Assembly (NCBI RefSeq): GCF_014280175.1
Contig: NZ_CP047931.1
Span: 750,001 to 782,000, forward strand
From: Synechococcus sp. A15-28
GTDB lineage: Bacteria; Cyanobacteriota; Cyanobacteriia; PCC-6307; Cyanobiaceae
Direction: 5' to 3'
Length of the DNA: 32,000 bases
Below the pieces are notes generated by a model. That model was not told where the DNA came from. It did no database searches and worked only from the letters and a program-made list of their open reading frames with translations. This document shows positions 16,407 to 26,841 of this stretch, piece after piece. A program made the translations under genes and the position numbers. The stretch's first letter is position 1. Each line of letters starts with the position of its first letter.

Positions 16407-17759
16407 TCAGTCGCTGAACCTGTAAGCCTTGGTGAGCTTGATCACCGTTCCGGACAACAGCAACAAGGCCACGAGGTTGGGCAGGGCCATCAGGCCGTTG
16501 AGGGTGTCGGCAATGGACCAGACCACACCACGATCTCCTGCCACGGCTCCCATCACGACAACCGCGACCCAGACAAGACGAAAAGGCAAGACAGCGTTCT
16601 CTCCGAAGAGAAAGGTTGTGCAGCGTTCGCCATAAAAACTCCAGCCCAGGATGGTGGTGAAGGCGAAGACCACCAATCCAATCGTCACGACAGTTCCACT
16701 GCCGGGAAGGCCTGAGTTGAACGCCGCGATCGAGAGATCAGCCCCGCTGAGGCGTTGTCCGGCGCCGTCGAGACGTTCATGGGCTCCGGTGGTGATGATC
16801 ACCAAAGCAGTCATGGTGCAGATGATCAGGGTGTCGATAAAGGTGCCGAGCATGGCCACCGTTCCCTGCCGAACCGGATCGGTGGTTTTGGCGGCGGCAT
16901 GAGCGATCGGAGCGCTGCCCAGGCCGGCTTCATTGGAGAAGATGCCGCGTTTGAATCCCATCAGGATCACCTGGCCGAGGGCTCCACCGGCGGCCGCCTC
17001 TCCGGTGAATGCATTTCGAACGATGCTGACGAAGGCCTCAGGAATGGCTCCTGCATTCAGCAGCAGCACCACCAGACAGGCTCCGACGTAGAGAACGGAC
17101 ATCAGCGGCACGATGGACGAAGCCGCCTGGGCAATGCGCTGGATCCCACCGATCACAACCGCAAACACCAAAGCTCCGAGGGCGATGCCGGTGACCAGTT
17201 TGGGCACGCCGATGAGGCTCAGCGCCGACGACACTTCAAAGGCCTGGACGCCGTTGCCGATACCGAAACCGGCAAGCATGCCGAACAGTGCGAAGAGGAC
17301 GGCCATCCAGGCCCAGCCATTGCCGAGCCCGTTGACGATGTAGTACATCGGACCACCGACGTGCTGGCCTGAGGCATCGGTTTCTCGAAAGCGAACCGCC
17401 AACACCGCTTCGGCGTATTTGGTGGCGATCCCGAACAGGGCGATGACCCACATCCAGAACACGGCACCGGGTCCGCCGACGGCGATGGCACCTGCTACCC
17501 CCGCAATGTTGCCAGTGCCAATCGTCGCCGAGAGGGAGGTCATCAGCGCCTGAAACGGCGTGATATCCCCGTCCGTTGCCAGATCAGCTGGACGCAGCAT
17601 CATCGCGATGCCGTAGCTCAGCCTTTGAAGAGGCATGAAGCGCAGGCCCAACATCAGACCCACCCCGGTCAGGGCGATCAGACCGACGGTGGGCCACCCC
17701 CACACCACAGCATTGATCGGATCATTGATGGCCTGGATTGCCGCTTCGAGACCACCCAT
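16407..17759 (-). CDS. Alanine/glycine:cation (sodium) symporter, AGCS family
   Basis: 450 aa and polytopic. It carries the family signature FSNEAGLGSAPIAHAAAKT and a typical N-terminus INAVVWGWPTVGLIALTGVGLMLGLRF. Confidence 0.92.
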   Translation of the reverse strand: MGGLEAAIQAINDPINAVVWGWPTVGLIALTGVGLMLGLRFMPLQRLSYGIAMMLRPADLATDGDITPFQALMTSLSATIGTGNIAGVAGAIAVGGPGAVFWMWVIALFGIATKYAEAVLAVRFRETDASGQHVGGPMYYIVNGLGNGWAWMAVLFALFGMLAGFGIGNGVQAFEVSSALSLIGVPKLVTGIALGALVFAVVIGGIQRIAQAASSIVPLMSVLYVGACLVVLLLNAGAIPEAFVSIVRNAFTGEAAAGGALGQVILMGFKRGIFSNEAGLGSAPIAHAAAKTTDPVRQGTVAMLGTFIDTLIICTMTALVIITTGAHERLDGAGQRLSGADLSIAAFNSGLPGSGTVVTIGLVVFAFTTILGWSFYGERCTTFLFGENAVLPFRLVWVAVVVMGAVAGDRGVVWSIADTLNGLMALPNLVALLLLSGTVIKLTKAYRFSD

Positions 17760-17815
17760 CCCTTAACCCTTGTTTTTCGCGATGGTGTCACAGCTGCCGA
17801 GCTGCGGCAATCCAA

Positions 17816-18481
17816 TCAAAGGGCTTCCAGATCGACGAAGCGGAACGTCTGGGATCCAGCTTCCGTCTCTCCATGGGCTTCGGTGTCGATCACGCGCTCC
17901 GACAACACCCAGGGACCATCGCCGGAAACGGGGGTGAAGGTGTCCTTGAAGCTGCTGCGTCCACCTTTCGCCTCACCGGTGGCTGGGTCGGCGTGTTGAC
18001 TGGTGTAGGTGTGGCTGAGGTAGCCGGCTCCGGTGTCGGTCACCGCGGTCGTGAAGATCGTCACCACCGTTCCGTGAATGTGCCGGTGGACCATCGTGAC
18101 GACGTCATCCTTGATGCGGTAGCGGTCTCCTTCTCCTTTGCCGCTGACCAGCACCTCGGTTCCAACGGAATCGGTGTCACCGGCCGTGAATTGGTTCTCG
18201 CCATGGGTCTGGTCAAAGCTGCGGCGGACGCGGTGGATGGCCACTTCCCAGAGTTGGGACTGAACCGCTTTCAAAACATCGGCATCATCGATGCCCTCCA
18301 CCTTGGCTTTGAGATCGGCGCCGACTTCAAAGCGGCCCTCAACCCGTTGTTCTCCCTGCTGCCAGATGCAGCGGCCGGAGTAACCGGAAAAACCAGGATC
18401 CCAGGTATAACGGTTTTCGTAGGCACGCCGGAACTGATCCCGTAGATCGCTGCCGGGTTTCACGGGTGCGGAGGCGGTCAC
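17816..18481 (-). CDS. Conserved cyanobacterial hypothetical protein (DUF3386-like from memory)
   Basis: 221-aa ORF with a GTG start at 18481. The N-terminal FRRAYENRYTWDPGFSGYSG resembles the family as I remember it. It is soluble with no TM segment. Confidence 0.7.
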   Translation of the reverse strand: MTASAPVKPGSDLRDQFRRAYENRYTWDPGFSGYSGRCIWQQGEQRVEGRFEVGADLKAKVEGIDDADVLKAVQSQLWEVAIHRVRRSFDQTHGENQFTAGDTDSVGTEVLVSGKGEGDRYRIKDDVVTMVHRHIHGTVVTIFTTAVTDTGAGYLSHTYTSQHADPATGEAKGGRSSFKDTFTPVSGDGPWVLSERVIDTEAHGETEAGSQTFRFVDLEAL

Positions 18482-18512
18482 GGCGTTGAATCTGCTGATG
18501 CAACCCTACCGA

Positions 18513-21500
18513 TCAACGCCGGCTGCCATGGACATCCTGCAGAGCATTGATGCTGAGGGTGGGCTGACTCTGAAGCGTGGCAATGGCTTCCACGGCAGCT
18601 CGCGCACCGGCCAGGGTGGTCACCGTTGGAACGGCGTAATCGAGTGCGGCCCGGCGCAGGTATTTGTCGTCATGGGCAGCCTGGCGGCCAATGGGGGTGT
18701 TGATCACCAGCTGCACCTGGTTGGACCGGATCAGGTCCTCGATGTTGGGGCGACCTTCATGGACTTTGAGCACAGCGTTCACCGTCAACCCCGCCTTCGT
18801 CAGGACATCAGCGGTGCCTGAGGTAGCGATCAGATCAAAGCCCAGCCCGGCAAGTAGCTCAGCCACGGGAACCAGGGCGGGTTTGTCGCGATTGTGCGTT
18901 GATAGGAAAATCGTGCCAGTGGTGGGCAGGGCCTCGCCGGCACCCAGCTCCGCCTTGGCGTAGGCCATCCCGAAGCTGTCGGCTGATCCCATCACTTCAC
19001 CGGTGGACCGCATCTCAGGCCCCAGCACCGTGTCTGCACCCGGGAAGCGTCTGAACGGCAATACAGCTTCCTTGATCGTTTGCAGCGGTGGCTGTGGTTC
19101 TGCCGTCAGGCCAACCTGCTGCAGCGTTTCACCGGCCATCAGACGGGTCGCGATGCGGGCCAGGGGCTGACCGGTGGCCTTGGCCACGAATGGCACCGTG
19201 CGGGACGCCCGCGGATTGGCTTCGATGATGTAAACGACTTCTTCCCCGTCGGCGTCCCGTTGAACGGCGAACTGGAGGTTGATCAGTCCCTGCACTTTCA
19301 ATACCAGGGCCAGTCCCCGACTCCAGTCCCGGATCGTGCTGAGGGCGCCCTGCCCGAGAGAAACCGCGGGAAGGCAGCAGGCGGAATCACCGGAGTGGAT
19401 GCCCGCCGGTTCGATGTGCTCCATCAGGCCCCCGATCACCACGTTGCCCTCGTGGTCGCAGAGGGCATCGACGTCTACCTCAACGGCATTCTCCAGGTAC
19501 TGGTCGATCAGTACCGGATGGTCGGGTTCCACCTGAACCGCCTCCACCATGTAGCGATTCAGCTCCTGTTCGTCGAAGACCACCTCCATGGCACGGCCGC
19601 CGAGCACGTAGGACGGACGGACAACGACCGGATAGCCCACACGGGTTGCCACATCCCGGGCTTCCGCCTCACTGCGGGCCAGGCCATGCCGGGGCTGGCG
19701 AATCTCAAGTCGGCTCAGGATCGCTTCGAACTGTTCGCGGTCTTCGGCCCGATCGATCGATTCCGGTGAGGTGCCCCAGATCCTGGTGCCCGTGACATGG
19801 CCTTCCTCGGAGTTGAGCCAGTTCAGCAGAGGGATTGCCAGTTTCAGCGGGGTCTGCCCGCCGAACTGAACCACCACGCCATCGGGTCGTTCGGCTTCAA
19901 TCACGTTGAGCACATCCTCGAGGGTGAGGGGCTCGAAATAGAGGCTGTCGCTGGTGTCGTAGTCCGTGGAGACGGTTTCCGGGTTGCTGTTCACCATCAC
20001 CGACGTGATGCCGGCGTCCTGGGCGGCGAAGGAGGCATGGCAGCAGCAGTAATCGAATTCGATCCCCTGGCCAATCCGGTTGGGGCCGCCTCCGAGGATC
20101 ATCACCTTGCGTCCGCTGTCGCTGAGGGACACCTCGCTTTCAGGCTCTAGGGCTGTGAGGCTCCCATCGCTGTTCAGCTGCTGGAGCGGGCGCTCATAGG
20201 TGGAGTAGTGGTATGGCGTGGTGGATGCAAATTCCGCAGCACAGGTGTCCACGGTCTTGAACACGGCTCGGATGCCAAGGCCATGGCGATGGCGACGCAC
20301 AGTTAATTCATCACTGCCGGTCTGCCAGGCGATCTGGCGATCCGAGAAGCCGAGTTGCTTGAGTTCGAGCAACTCCGGAGCCGAGAGGTCGCGCAGTTGC
20401 CGACCTTTCAGAAGCTCTTGCTCAGCGTCGACGATGCGACGCAGCTTGGCCAGGAACCAGGGATCAATGCTGCTGATCCGCTGAATCTGAGCATTGCTGC
20501 GACCACGCACCATGGCGCTGCGAATGCAAAGAATGCGCTCCGGTGATGGGGTGCGAAGCAGGCGATCGACTTCAGCATCCGTGAGTTCCGGCTCAGGACG
20601 GTCCCCACCCCAACCGGAGTAGCCGGTTTCCAGAGAACGCATGGCTTTCTGGAAGGATTCCTCGAAACTCCGACCGATGGCCATGGCCTCCCCCACCGAT
20701 TTCATCGATGTGGTGAGCACAGCCGGGCTGCCCCGGAATTTCTCGAAGGCAAACCGAGGGATCTTCGTCACCACGTAATCAATGGTGGGTTCGAAGCAGG
20801 CCGGTGTCTTTCCGGTGATGTCGTTGAGGATCTCGTCGAGGCTGTAGCCGATCGCGAGACGCGCGGCGATTTTGGCGATCGGGAATCCGGTGGCTTTGCT
20901 GGCCAGTGCCGAGGAACGGCTCACCCGTGGATTCATTTCGATCACCACCACATCGCCGTTCTCCGGGTTGATGGCGAACTGGATGTTGCTGCCACCGGTG
21001 GCCACGCCGATCTCGCGGATGATCGCGATCGATTGGTCCCGCAGACGCTGATACTCCCGATCCGTCAGCGTCTGTGCCGGAGCCACCGTGATGGAGTCGC
21101 CCGTGTGGACGCCCATCGGATCCAGATTTTCGATGCTGCAGACAATCACGACGTTGTCCGCCTGATCGCGCATCACCTCGAGTTCGAATTCCTTCCAACC
21201 CAGCAGCGACTGTTCGATCAGGATCTGGGAGACCGGACTGGCTTCGAGCCCGCTTTTGCAGATGGCGGCGTACTCCTCAGGGTTGTACGCGATTCCACCC
21301 CCACTTCCACCAAGGGTGAAGGCCGGACGGATGATTCGCGGAAAGCTGCCAATGGCGGCGCCGACGGCTTCCGCCTCTTCCAGGGTTGAGGCGATACCGG
21401 ATGGACAGACCTGCACCCCGATCCGCTCCATCGCCTGCTTGAACAACAGACGGTCTTCAGCCTTCTGGATGGCTTGCAGATCGGCTCCGATCAGCTCAAC

Positions 21501-21836
21501 GCCATAACGCTCCAGCGTGCCGTTCTCAGCCAGGGTGACCGCAAGATTCAGCGCGGTCTGCCCCCCCATTGTGGGCAAGAGAGCATCGGGACGCTCTTGT
21601 TCAATCACCTGGGTGACCACTTCCGGAGTGAGTGGCTCGATATACGTCCGATCCGCCATCTCCGGATCGGTCATGATCGACGCCGGATTGGAGTTGACGA
21701 GAATGACCTCGTATCCCTCCGACCGCAGCGCCTTGCAGGCCTGGGTGCCTGAATAATCGAATTCACAGGCTTGTCCGATCACAATTGGACCGGAGCCCAG
21801 CAGAAGGATGCGCCGCAGATCGGTCCTCCGAGGCAT
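18513..21836 (-). CDS. carB: Carbamoyl-phosphate synthase, large subunit
   Basis: It has duplicated ATP-grasp halves, with [17 protein letters not shown]...[11 protein letters not shown] and [16 protein letters not shown]...[11 protein letters not shown], plus a C-terminal MGS-like domain. I trimmed from 21890 to the ATG at 21836 ([22 protein letters not shown]), giving 1107 aa. Confidence 0.96.
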   Translation of the reverse strand: MPRRTDLRRILLLGSGPIVIGQACEFDYSGTQACKALRSEGYEVILVNSNPASIMTDPEMADRTYIEPLTPEVVTQVIEQERPDALLPTMGGQTALNLAVTLAENGTLERYGVELIGADLQAIQKAEDRLLFKQAMERIGVQVCPSGIASTLEEAEAVGAAIGSFPRIIRPAFTLGGSGGGIAYNPEEYAAICKSGLEASPVSQILIEQSLLGWKEFELEVMRDQADNVVIVCSIENLDPMGVHTGDSITVAPAQTLTDREYQRLRDQSIAIIREIGVATGGSNIQFAINPENGDVVVIEMNPRVSRSSALASKATGFPIAKIAARLAIGYSLDEILNDITGKTPACFEPTIDYVVTKIPRFAFEKFRGSPAVLTTSMKSVGEAMAIGRSFEESFQKAMRSLETGYSGWGGDRPEPELTDAEVDRLLRTPSPERILCIRSAMVRGRSNAQIQRISSIDPWFLAKLRRIVDAEQELLKGRQLRDLSAPELLELKQLGFSDRQIAWQTGSDELTVRRHRHGLGIRAVFKTVDTCAAEFASTTPYHYSTYERPLQQLNSDGSLTALEPESEVSLSDSGRKVMILGGGPNRIGQGIEFDYCCCHASFAAQDAGITSVMVNSNPETVSTDYDTSDSLYFEPLTLEDVLNVIEAERPDGVVVQFGGQTPLKLAIPLLNWLNSEEGHVTGTRIWGTSPESIDRAEDREQFEAILSRLEIRQPRHGLARSEAEARDVATRVGYPVVVRPSYVLGGRAMEVVFDEQELNRYMVEAVQVEPDHPVLIDQYLENAVEVDVDALCDHEGNVVIGGLMEHIEPAGIHSGDSACCLPAVSLGQGALSTIRDWSRGLALVLKVQGLINLQFAVQRDADGEEVVYIIEANPRASRTVPFVAKATGQPLARIATRLMAGETLQQVGLTAEPQPPLQTIKEAVLPFRRFPGADTVLGPEMRSTGEVMGSADSFGMAYAKAELGAGEALPTTGTIFLSTHNRDKPALVPVAELLAGLGFDLIATSGTADVLTKAGLTVNAVLKVHEGRPNIEDLIRSNQVQLVINTPIGRQAAHDDKYLRRAALDYAVPTVTTLAGARAAVEAIATLQSQPTLSINALQDVHGSRR

Positions 21837-21931
21837 GGGCAGTCGCTTCAGGCCAAACAGGAACAGCCTCTCACGCTGCTGCCGGGGCACCTGGCCTCGC
21901 TACGGTTGGACCATGAGGACTTTCGGTTGCG

Positions 21932-22567
21932 ATGAGTGAGCTCCAGCGCCTGAAGGGGTTGCTGCCGCCCGAAATGCAGAGCTGGGTGTTTGTGGAGACC
22001 GCAGCTGCAGTGGACCCACCTCTGATCACGCTCGAGGAGATCGGCCGTGATGAGGTGGAGATTCAGGTTGATCTTGATGCTTGGGACGCCATGGCACTGG
22101 ATCACCGCAACCTGCTGTTTTGGCACGAGGTCGGCCGGATCCAGAACGACACGATTCCCCGTGACGGCTGGGAGATGGCGGCCCTGGCGATCGGACTGGG
22201 TGGTGCCATTGGAGAACTCTGGGTTCAGGACGGCCTGTTGTTGATGATGGCTCTCGGGCTGTCAGGCTTTGCCGGCTACAGGCTCTACCTGAAGAACAAC
22301 TCAGAGAAGCGCCTGCAGGACGCCATCAGCGCCGATGAGCGTGCCATTGATCTGGCCTGCCGATTTGGCTACAGCGTGCCCAATGCGTATCGAAGTCTGG
22401 GGGGTGCCCTCAAGGAGCTCGTCGAACAAACCCGTAAGAAAAAGCGGAGGAGCTACTACGAAGATCGGCTGGAAGCTCTGCGAAAAAGTGCCAGCAAGGC
22501 CAGGGCTGAGATGGCCCAGCAGGAGGGTTCCCGCAGCTCAGTAACCAGCGAGAACGTTTATGGATAG
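21932..22567 (+). CDS. Conserved cyanobacterial hypothetical membrane-associated protein (DUF3318-like from memory)
   Basis: 211-aa ORF with an ATG start. It has a central hydrophobic pair (MAALAIGLGGAIGELW, LLLMMALGLSGFAGYRL) and a basic C-terminal tail. It overlaps the next gene by 8 nt. Confidence 0.7.
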   Translation: MSELQRLKGLLPPEMQSWVFVETAAAVDPPLITLEEIGRDEVEIQVDLDAWDAMALDHRNLLFWHEVGRIQNDTIPRDGWEMAALAIGLGGAIGELWVQDGLLLMMALGLSGFAGYRLYLKNNSEKRLQDAISADERAIDLACRFGYSVPNAYRSLGGALKELVEQTRKKKRRSYYEDRLEALRKSASKARAEMAQQEGSRSSVTSENVYG

Positions 22568-22922
22568 TCAACAACTCGCGGATCTGGCCGCCGAGGCCTG
22601 CGATGACCGAAAGGCAACCGATATCCGTCTGATTCGTGTGGATGAGGTCTCAAGCCTCGCCGACTGGATGGTCATCGCCGGTGGGCAATCCGATGTGCAG
22701 GTGCGTGCGATCGCACGAGCGGTCGAGGATCGTTTGGAAACCGATGCGGAGCGCCTGCCGCTGCGTAAGGAAGGTGTGCAGGAAGGGCGCTGGGCGCTGC
22801 TGGATTACGGGGAAGTGATCGTCCACGTGCTGATGCCCGACGAGCGTGGTTATTACGACCTAGAAGCCTTTTGGAGTCACGGGGAGGCCAGGGCTTTCCT
22901 ACCGTCACTTCATATCAACTGA
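22560..22922 (+). CDS. rsfS: Ribosome silencing factor RsfS (iojap family)
   Basis: 120 aa. The sequence KATDIRLIRVDEVSSLADWMVIAGGQSDVQVRAIA...WALLDYGEVIVHVLMP matches the RsfS/iojap pattern. Confidence 0.9.
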   Translation: MDSQQLADLAAEACDDRKATDIRLIRVDEVSSLADWMVIAGGQSDVQVRAIARAVEDRLETDAERLPLRKEGVQEGRWALLDYGEVIVHVLMPDERGYYDLEAFWSHGEARAFLPSLHIN

Positions 22923-22927
22923 TCGGC

Positions 22928-23422
22928 ATGGACGAGCTCGTCTCCTGCCCCGTACCGCCGGAGCAGAGACCGCTGGAGGAATTCCAGCAGCTCTCCCAGT
23001 CCTGGTTTTTCTCCTGGCCGACCGGAGAGGTGTCATCGCTCAAGCGCAGCTTGCTCATCAGCTGGATGTTGATGCTTCCCCTGTGCACTCTTGTTGCCAG
23101 TGGCAGTTTGACGTTGAAAGCTGATCCTCCCCGACTCGTCGTGGCAGGAGCTGTGGCTGCACTGGTGCTCCCCCTGCTGCTCTTGGTGCGCCAATGGTTG
23201 GGCTGGACCTACGTCATGCAGAGGCTTCTGTCCGAAAACGTGGATTACGAGGAATCCGGTTGGTACGACGGACAGACCTGGGAGAAGCCTCTGTCCTGGC
23301 GGACCCGAGATCTGCTGGTGGCGCGTCATGAGGTGCGTCCGATCCTGGGTCGTTTGGGCCGGGCCATGGCGATGGCCGCCGGTCTGATGCTGGGCGGTGC
23401 AAGCCTCTGTCAGGCTCTCTGA
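22928..23422 (+). CDS. Ycf36/CGLD27-like protein (DUF1230)
   Basis: I trimmed to the ATG at 22928. MDELVSCPVPPEQRPLEEFQQLSQSWFFSWP followed by two TM segments matches the Ycf36/DUF1230 N-terminal pattern as I remember it. Confidence 0.78.
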   Translation: MDELVSCPVPPEQRPLEEFQQLSQSWFFSWPTGEVSSLKRSLLISWMLMLPLCTLVASGSLTLKADPPRLVVAGAVAALVLPLLLLVRQWLGWTYVMQRLLSENVDYEESGWYDGQTWEKPLSWRTRDLLVARHEVRPILGRLGRAMAMAAGLMLGGASLCQAL

Positions 23423-23440
23423 AATGCTCCTGCGACGGGA

Positions 23441-24418
23441 ATGACCCTTTCCTCAGGATTCAGCGGGACACCCCGCTTCGGTACGCCGCCGCTGGCGGTC
23501 ACCCTGAAGCGGGGGTGCATTGCTGAATCCGTTCATCGGGTGCACGCGGTGGTTTGTGACGGCCGTGGCCGGGTGTTGATGTCGGCTGGCGAGGCGGGTC
23601 TGGAGACCTTCATCCGCTCAGCTTTGAAACCGTTTCAGGCCCTCCCGTTCCTCAGCAGTGGTGCTGCGGCAGCGATGGAGGCGGGTGACCGTGGTGTGGC
23701 CATCAGCTGCGGGTCCCATTCAGGCAGTCACGCCCATGCCCGGGAGGCATTCAAATTGCTCTGGAACGCCGAACTTGAGGCCAGCCATCTGCAGTGCCCT
23801 GTGCCTTCAGGAGCGGAAAGTCCTTTGCAGCACAACTGCTCTGGAAAACATGCGGCGTTCCTGGCCACCAGTCGAAAAATGGCCTGGCCATTGGACACCT
23901 ACCTGCAAAGCGATCACCCCCTCCAGGTGGAGGTCAATCGTCGTGTGGCCGAGCTGCTCGGGCTTCCTGCGGCAGAACTGGTGGCCGCCCGGGATGACTG
24001 TGGCGCTCCGACGTTGCGGCTGCAGTTGGCTCAGATGGCGTTGCTTTATGCCCATCTCGGTGCCTCACGCCACGCGGAACTGGAGCAGATCAGCCGGGCG
24101 ATGCTGGCCCATCCGGAGTTGGTGGCAGGTGACGGACGATTCGATACGGAGCTGATGCGCCGCAGCCATGGCCAGGTGCTCTCCAAAGGTGGTGCGGAGG
24201 GGATCCAGTGCCTAAGCCGCGTCGGTGAAGGGCTCGGGGTCGCCATCAAGGTGGAGGACGGCTCCCGGCGGGCCAAGCAGGCCGTTGCCCTGCATCTTTT
24301 GCGGCAGCTGGAATGGATGACGCCTCTCGGCCTCGAAGAACTCGAGGACCAGGTCCTGATCGTCAACCCAGGCGTCAACCTGGAGGTCGAGGGGAGCCTG
24401 AAGTTTCAGCAAAGCTGA
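23441..24418 (+). CDS. Asparaginase II family protein (PF06089-like)
   Basis: 325 aa. Motifs are RSALKPFQALP, SCGSHSGSHAH, NCSGKHAAFLA and SDHPLQ, typical of the asparaginase II family. Confidence 0.82.
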   Translation: MTLSSGFSGTPRFGTPPLAVTLKRGCIAESVHRVHAVVCDGRGRVLMSAGEAGLETFIRSALKPFQALPFLSSGAAAAMEAGDRGVAISCGSHSGSHAHAREAFKLLWNAELEASHLQCPVPSGAESPLQHNCSGKHAAFLATSRKMAWPLDTYLQSDHPLQVEVNRRVAELLGLPAAELVAARDDCGAPTLRLQLAQMALLYAHLGASRHAELEQISRAMLAHPELVAGDGRFDTELMRRSHGQVLSKGGAEGIQCLSRVGEGLGVAIKVEDGSRRAKQAVALHLLRQLEWMTPLGLEELEDQVLIVNPGVNLEVEGSLKFQQS

Positions 24419-24448
24419 AGTCTTTCTGTGTCGGGCGACACCGACCTG

Positions 24449-24454
24449 TATGAT
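24449..24454 (+). promoter_or_regulatory. Candidate -10 box (TATGAT) for the tRNA gene
   Basis: TATGAT ends 12 nt upstream of the mature tRNA 5' end, which implies a short leader removed by RNase P. No convincing -35 element is seen. Confidence 0.3.
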
Positions 24455-24466
24455 TTTTGAGTGCTC

Positions 24467-24543
<77 letters not shown>

Positions 24544-24559
24544 ATTCTGATTGAATTCG

Positions 24560-24586
24560 AGATCCCCCTCGGGGATCTTTTTTTTT
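24560..24586 (+). terminator. Rho-independent terminator after the tRNA
   Basis: AGATCCCC (24560-24567) and GGGGATCT (24571-24578) form a perfect 8-bp stem with a short CTC loop. A T9 run follows, to 24586. Confidence 0.8.
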
Positions 24587-24596
24587 GTCCTTGCGC

Positions 24597-26234
24597 GTGC
24601 CGACAGCAAGCCAGACCGAGCGAATCAATGGTTCGTGGGATGCCATCGTCGTTGGCTCAGGCGCCTGCGGTGGGGTGGCTGCCCTGACCTTGGCTGAAGG
24701 GGATGCTCGGGTTCTGTTGATCGATGCAGGGCCGGATCTGACGCCACAGACGGCACTGGGTTCAGAGCCAGCCAATTCACTGCGACGGTTGGCGGGGGTG
24801 AGCAGTGGCAGCCATCGTCTGCAGGCCCAGCATCCCGGCTACTGGAAAGCCAATCCCCGGCTCTATGCCGATGAACGGCTCTATCCCTACAGCCATCCGC
24901 CGGATCGACCGTTCCTCTGGACCCGTGGCCTGCAGGTGGGTGGGCGCAGCCTCACCTGGGGTGGCATCACCCTGCGGCTCTCGGATGAAGATTTTGCGGG
25001 AATCGAAGCACCCGATGGAATAACGGCGTGGCCGATTCGTGCTGCTGATTTGGAGGAGGACTACGGCGCGCTGGAGAGGATGCTGAGGGTTCACGGCAGT
25101 CGAGACGGGTTGCCGCAGCTGCCTGATGGCGAAACTCAGGAGCCGTTGCCGTTGACGCCTGCTGAGCAGAGGTTTGCGGCGGCGTTGCGCGATCAACTGG
25201 CACTCCAGGTGATTCATTCACGAGGGTTTGGCCCCCATTACCCCGAACGGGATGGCCCCTGGCCGCGCTCCAGCAGTCGCGGCAGCACCCTCCCTCAGGC
25301 CATGGCCACAGGACGGGTGCAGTTGCTCTCCGGACATCTGCTGGAGCATCTTTTGCTTGAGAGCGGCAGCGAACGGGCGAGAGGTGCGGTTGTGGTTGAT
25401 CAAGCCAACGGCAACCGTCGAACCGTCGTTGCCGATCTGGTGGTGCTTTGTGCCTCGACGATTCAGACCCTGGCCATTCTTCTGCGATCCCGGGAGCAGG
25501 GCCTGAAGGACCCCTCCGATCGTCTGGGCACACGGCTGATGGATCACGTCTCCACCAGCCAGTTCTTCTGCGTAGCGGAGTCGTCGACATCGCCCCAGCC
25601 CCCTCTCACCGGCGCTGGCAGCTTCTTTCTTCCGTTCGGTCGCCGCCTCGAAGGAGCCAAGTTTCATGGCGGTTATGGCCTCTGGGGAGGCATTGGTCGC
25701 TTTGATCCCCCGACGCTGCTGCGGCGTCGCCATGGAACCGTCACAGGGTTTCTGATCGGCCATGGGGAGGTGATGCCGCAGGCCAGCAATCGGGTCAGCC
25801 TGAGCGGTGCCGTGGATCGCTGGGGCGTGGCCGTACCCCACATCGACTGCCAGTGGAGCACCAATGAAGACGAGATGGTGGCGCATATGCGACGTCAGAT
25901 GGGGACCTGCATCAAGGCTGCTGGTGGTGAGGCTCTCCCTCTGAAAGATCTTTTCCGGTTGCCCCTGATTGAACCCCTGCTGCAAGGTGCTGTGGCTCTC
26001 TCAGATGCTGCCTCTCCACCCGGGTACTACATCCATGAAGTGGGGGGTGCTGCGATGGGTGCTGATCCCTCCCTCGGCGTCGTTGACCCGTTCAACCGGC
26101 TCTGGGCAGCTCCCAACGTGCTGGTGGTGGATGGTGCCTGCTGGCCCACGTCCGCCTGGCAGAGTCCGACCCTCACGATGATGGCGATCACCCGTCGAGC
26201 CTGCCGCCGGGCCCTCAGGGGTGGCGGCGGCTGA
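24597..26234 (+). CDS. GMC-family FAD-dependent oxidoreductase
   Basis: N-terminal FAD motif WDAIVVGSGACGGVAALTLAE and C-terminal GMC pattern HEVGGAAMG...NVLVVDGACWPTSAWQSPTLTMMAI. The start is uncertain: TTG at 24585 (inside the terminator T-run), TTG at 24591 or GTG at 24597. Confidence 0.88.
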   Translation: MPTASQTERINGSWDAIVVGSGACGGVAALTLAEGDARVLLIDAGPDLTPQTALGSEPANSLRRLAGVSSGSHRLQAQHPGYWKANPRLYADERLYPYSHPPDRPFLWTRGLQVGGRSLTWGGITLRLSDEDFAGIEAPDGITAWPIRAADLEEDYGALERMLRVHGSRDGLPQLPDGETQEPLPLTPAEQRFAAALRDQLALQVIHSRGFGPHYPERDGPWPRSSSRGSTLPQAMATGRVQLLSGHLLEHLLLESGSERARGAVVVDQANGNRRTVVADLVVLCASTIQTLAILLRSREQGLKDPSDRLGTRLMDHVSTSQFFCVAESSTSPQPPLTGAGSFFLPFGRRLEGAKFHGGYGLWGGIGRFDPPTLLRRRHGTVTGFLIGHGEVMPQASNRVSLSGAVDRWGVAVPHIDCQWSTNEDEMVAHMRRQMGTCIKAAGGEALPLKDLFRLPLIEPLLQGAVALSDAASPPGYYIHEVGGAAMGADPSLGVVDPFNRLWAAPNVLVVDGACWPTSAWQSPTLTMMAITRRACRRALRGGGG

Positions 26235-26481
26235 ACAGATCGTTGAGATAACGCTCGGTGACTGCGCGATCCTCACAACCGTTCTGAAACAGGAAGTGAG
26301 CGAGAGCTGAACTCATCACGCGGTATTGATCCCAATGGGGATGCTCGCCGATGAAATCCTTCATGCCGCGGTAGAGCACCTCTGGTATTTCCGCCTCCAT
26401 GCTCACGTAGGACGCTGCAGCCTCAGCACCTTTTTCAGCAACGCCCATTTCGTGGCATCGCTCCAAGTAATTCCGATCCAT
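26215..26481 (-). CDS. Small conserved cyanobacterial protein (DUF2811-like from memory)
   Basis: The core EIPEVLYRGMKDFIGEHPHWDQYRVMSSALAHFLFQNGCEDRAVTERYLNDLF matches the remembered family pattern. ATG is at 26481; an alternative ATG at 26400 (MEAEIPE...) would give ~61 aa. The 3' end overlaps the GMC gene by 20 nt. Confidence 0.72.
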   Translation of the reverse strand: MDRNYLERCHEMGVAEKGAEAAASYVSMEAEIPEVLYRGMKDFIGEHPHWDQYRVMSSALAHFLFQNGCEDRAVTERYLNDLFSRRHP

Positions 26482-26487
26482 TCAGCC

Positions 26488-26506
26488 TGTCAATCGCTCT
26501 TTGACA
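26488..26506. repeat. Inverted repeat TGTCAA-N7-TTGACA, operator-like
   Basis: Perfect 6-bp arms at 26488-26493 and 26501-26506, lying 7-25 nt upstream of the ATG at 26481. Confidence 0.6.
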
Positions 26507-26537
26507 TCACCAAGAAAGCCACATCGGACCGGGTTGC

Positions 26538-26564
26538 GTCAAAGCCTTTGACAATTTTGCAAAA
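26538..26564. repeat. Perfect 15-bp palindrome GTCAAAG-C-CTTTGAC abutting the 10-bp palindrome TTTTGCAAAA
   Basis: GTCAAAGCCTTTGAC (26538-26552) and TTTTGCAAAA (26555-26564) are each their own reverse complement. The first shares GTCAA/TTGAC half-sites with the repeat at 26488-26506; the centres are 48 bp apart. Confidence 0.6.
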
Positions 26565-26841
26565 ACCTCTGAGACGGCATGAGACAGCTGTTCTAATCAG
26601 GGTTTAGCCGGACCTCTCCGTCGTGGGATCAGTCCGCTGATCGCTGGCATCCGCTATGTCAACCGGTTGATGCAGACGCTGCGAAGTCCACAACCTCCAA
26701 GTGGGTGGCCGCTTTACCGAAACCGGCTGTGGAAAAAAGCACCACTGCTGTGGAGAAATTGGTGAAGTGACGTTGCGGTTTTCACTGATCAGGAAAACTG
26801 ATCTTCGCCATGTCCAGGATGTCGCTGTCGAGACCGGTAGC

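Noticed and set aside
17760-17815. Glycine riboswitch upstream of the alanine/glycine symporter.
   Set aside because: Only 56 nt are available between the upstream stop and the AGCS ATG. That is far too short for a glycine riboswitch, and only a 4-bp GCCG/CGGC hairpin is present.
26597-26770. 57-codon stop-free plus-strand frame ending ...AAKSTTSKWVAALPKPAVEKSTTAVEKLVK* that looks protein-like.
   Set aside because: It has no ATG, GTG or TTG before 26705, which would leave only ~21 codons, and I saw no ribosome-binding site. I kept it only as part of the spacer finding, as a possible decayed gene.
26760-26800. Cobalamin riboswitch near cbiX. The minus strand reads GTGAAAACCGCAACG, reminiscent of the GGUGAAAAUCC and CCGCAAC blocks, and GACGGAGAGGTCCGGC at 26607-26622 is vaguely B12-box-like.
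   Set aside because: The blocks are fused or misplaced relative to the riboswitch consensus. AAGGGAA, GCCACUG and a proper B12 box are absent. The region is downstream, not upstream, of cbiX, and the true cbiX leader is only 49 nt long. An Infernal scan with RF00174 would confirm this.
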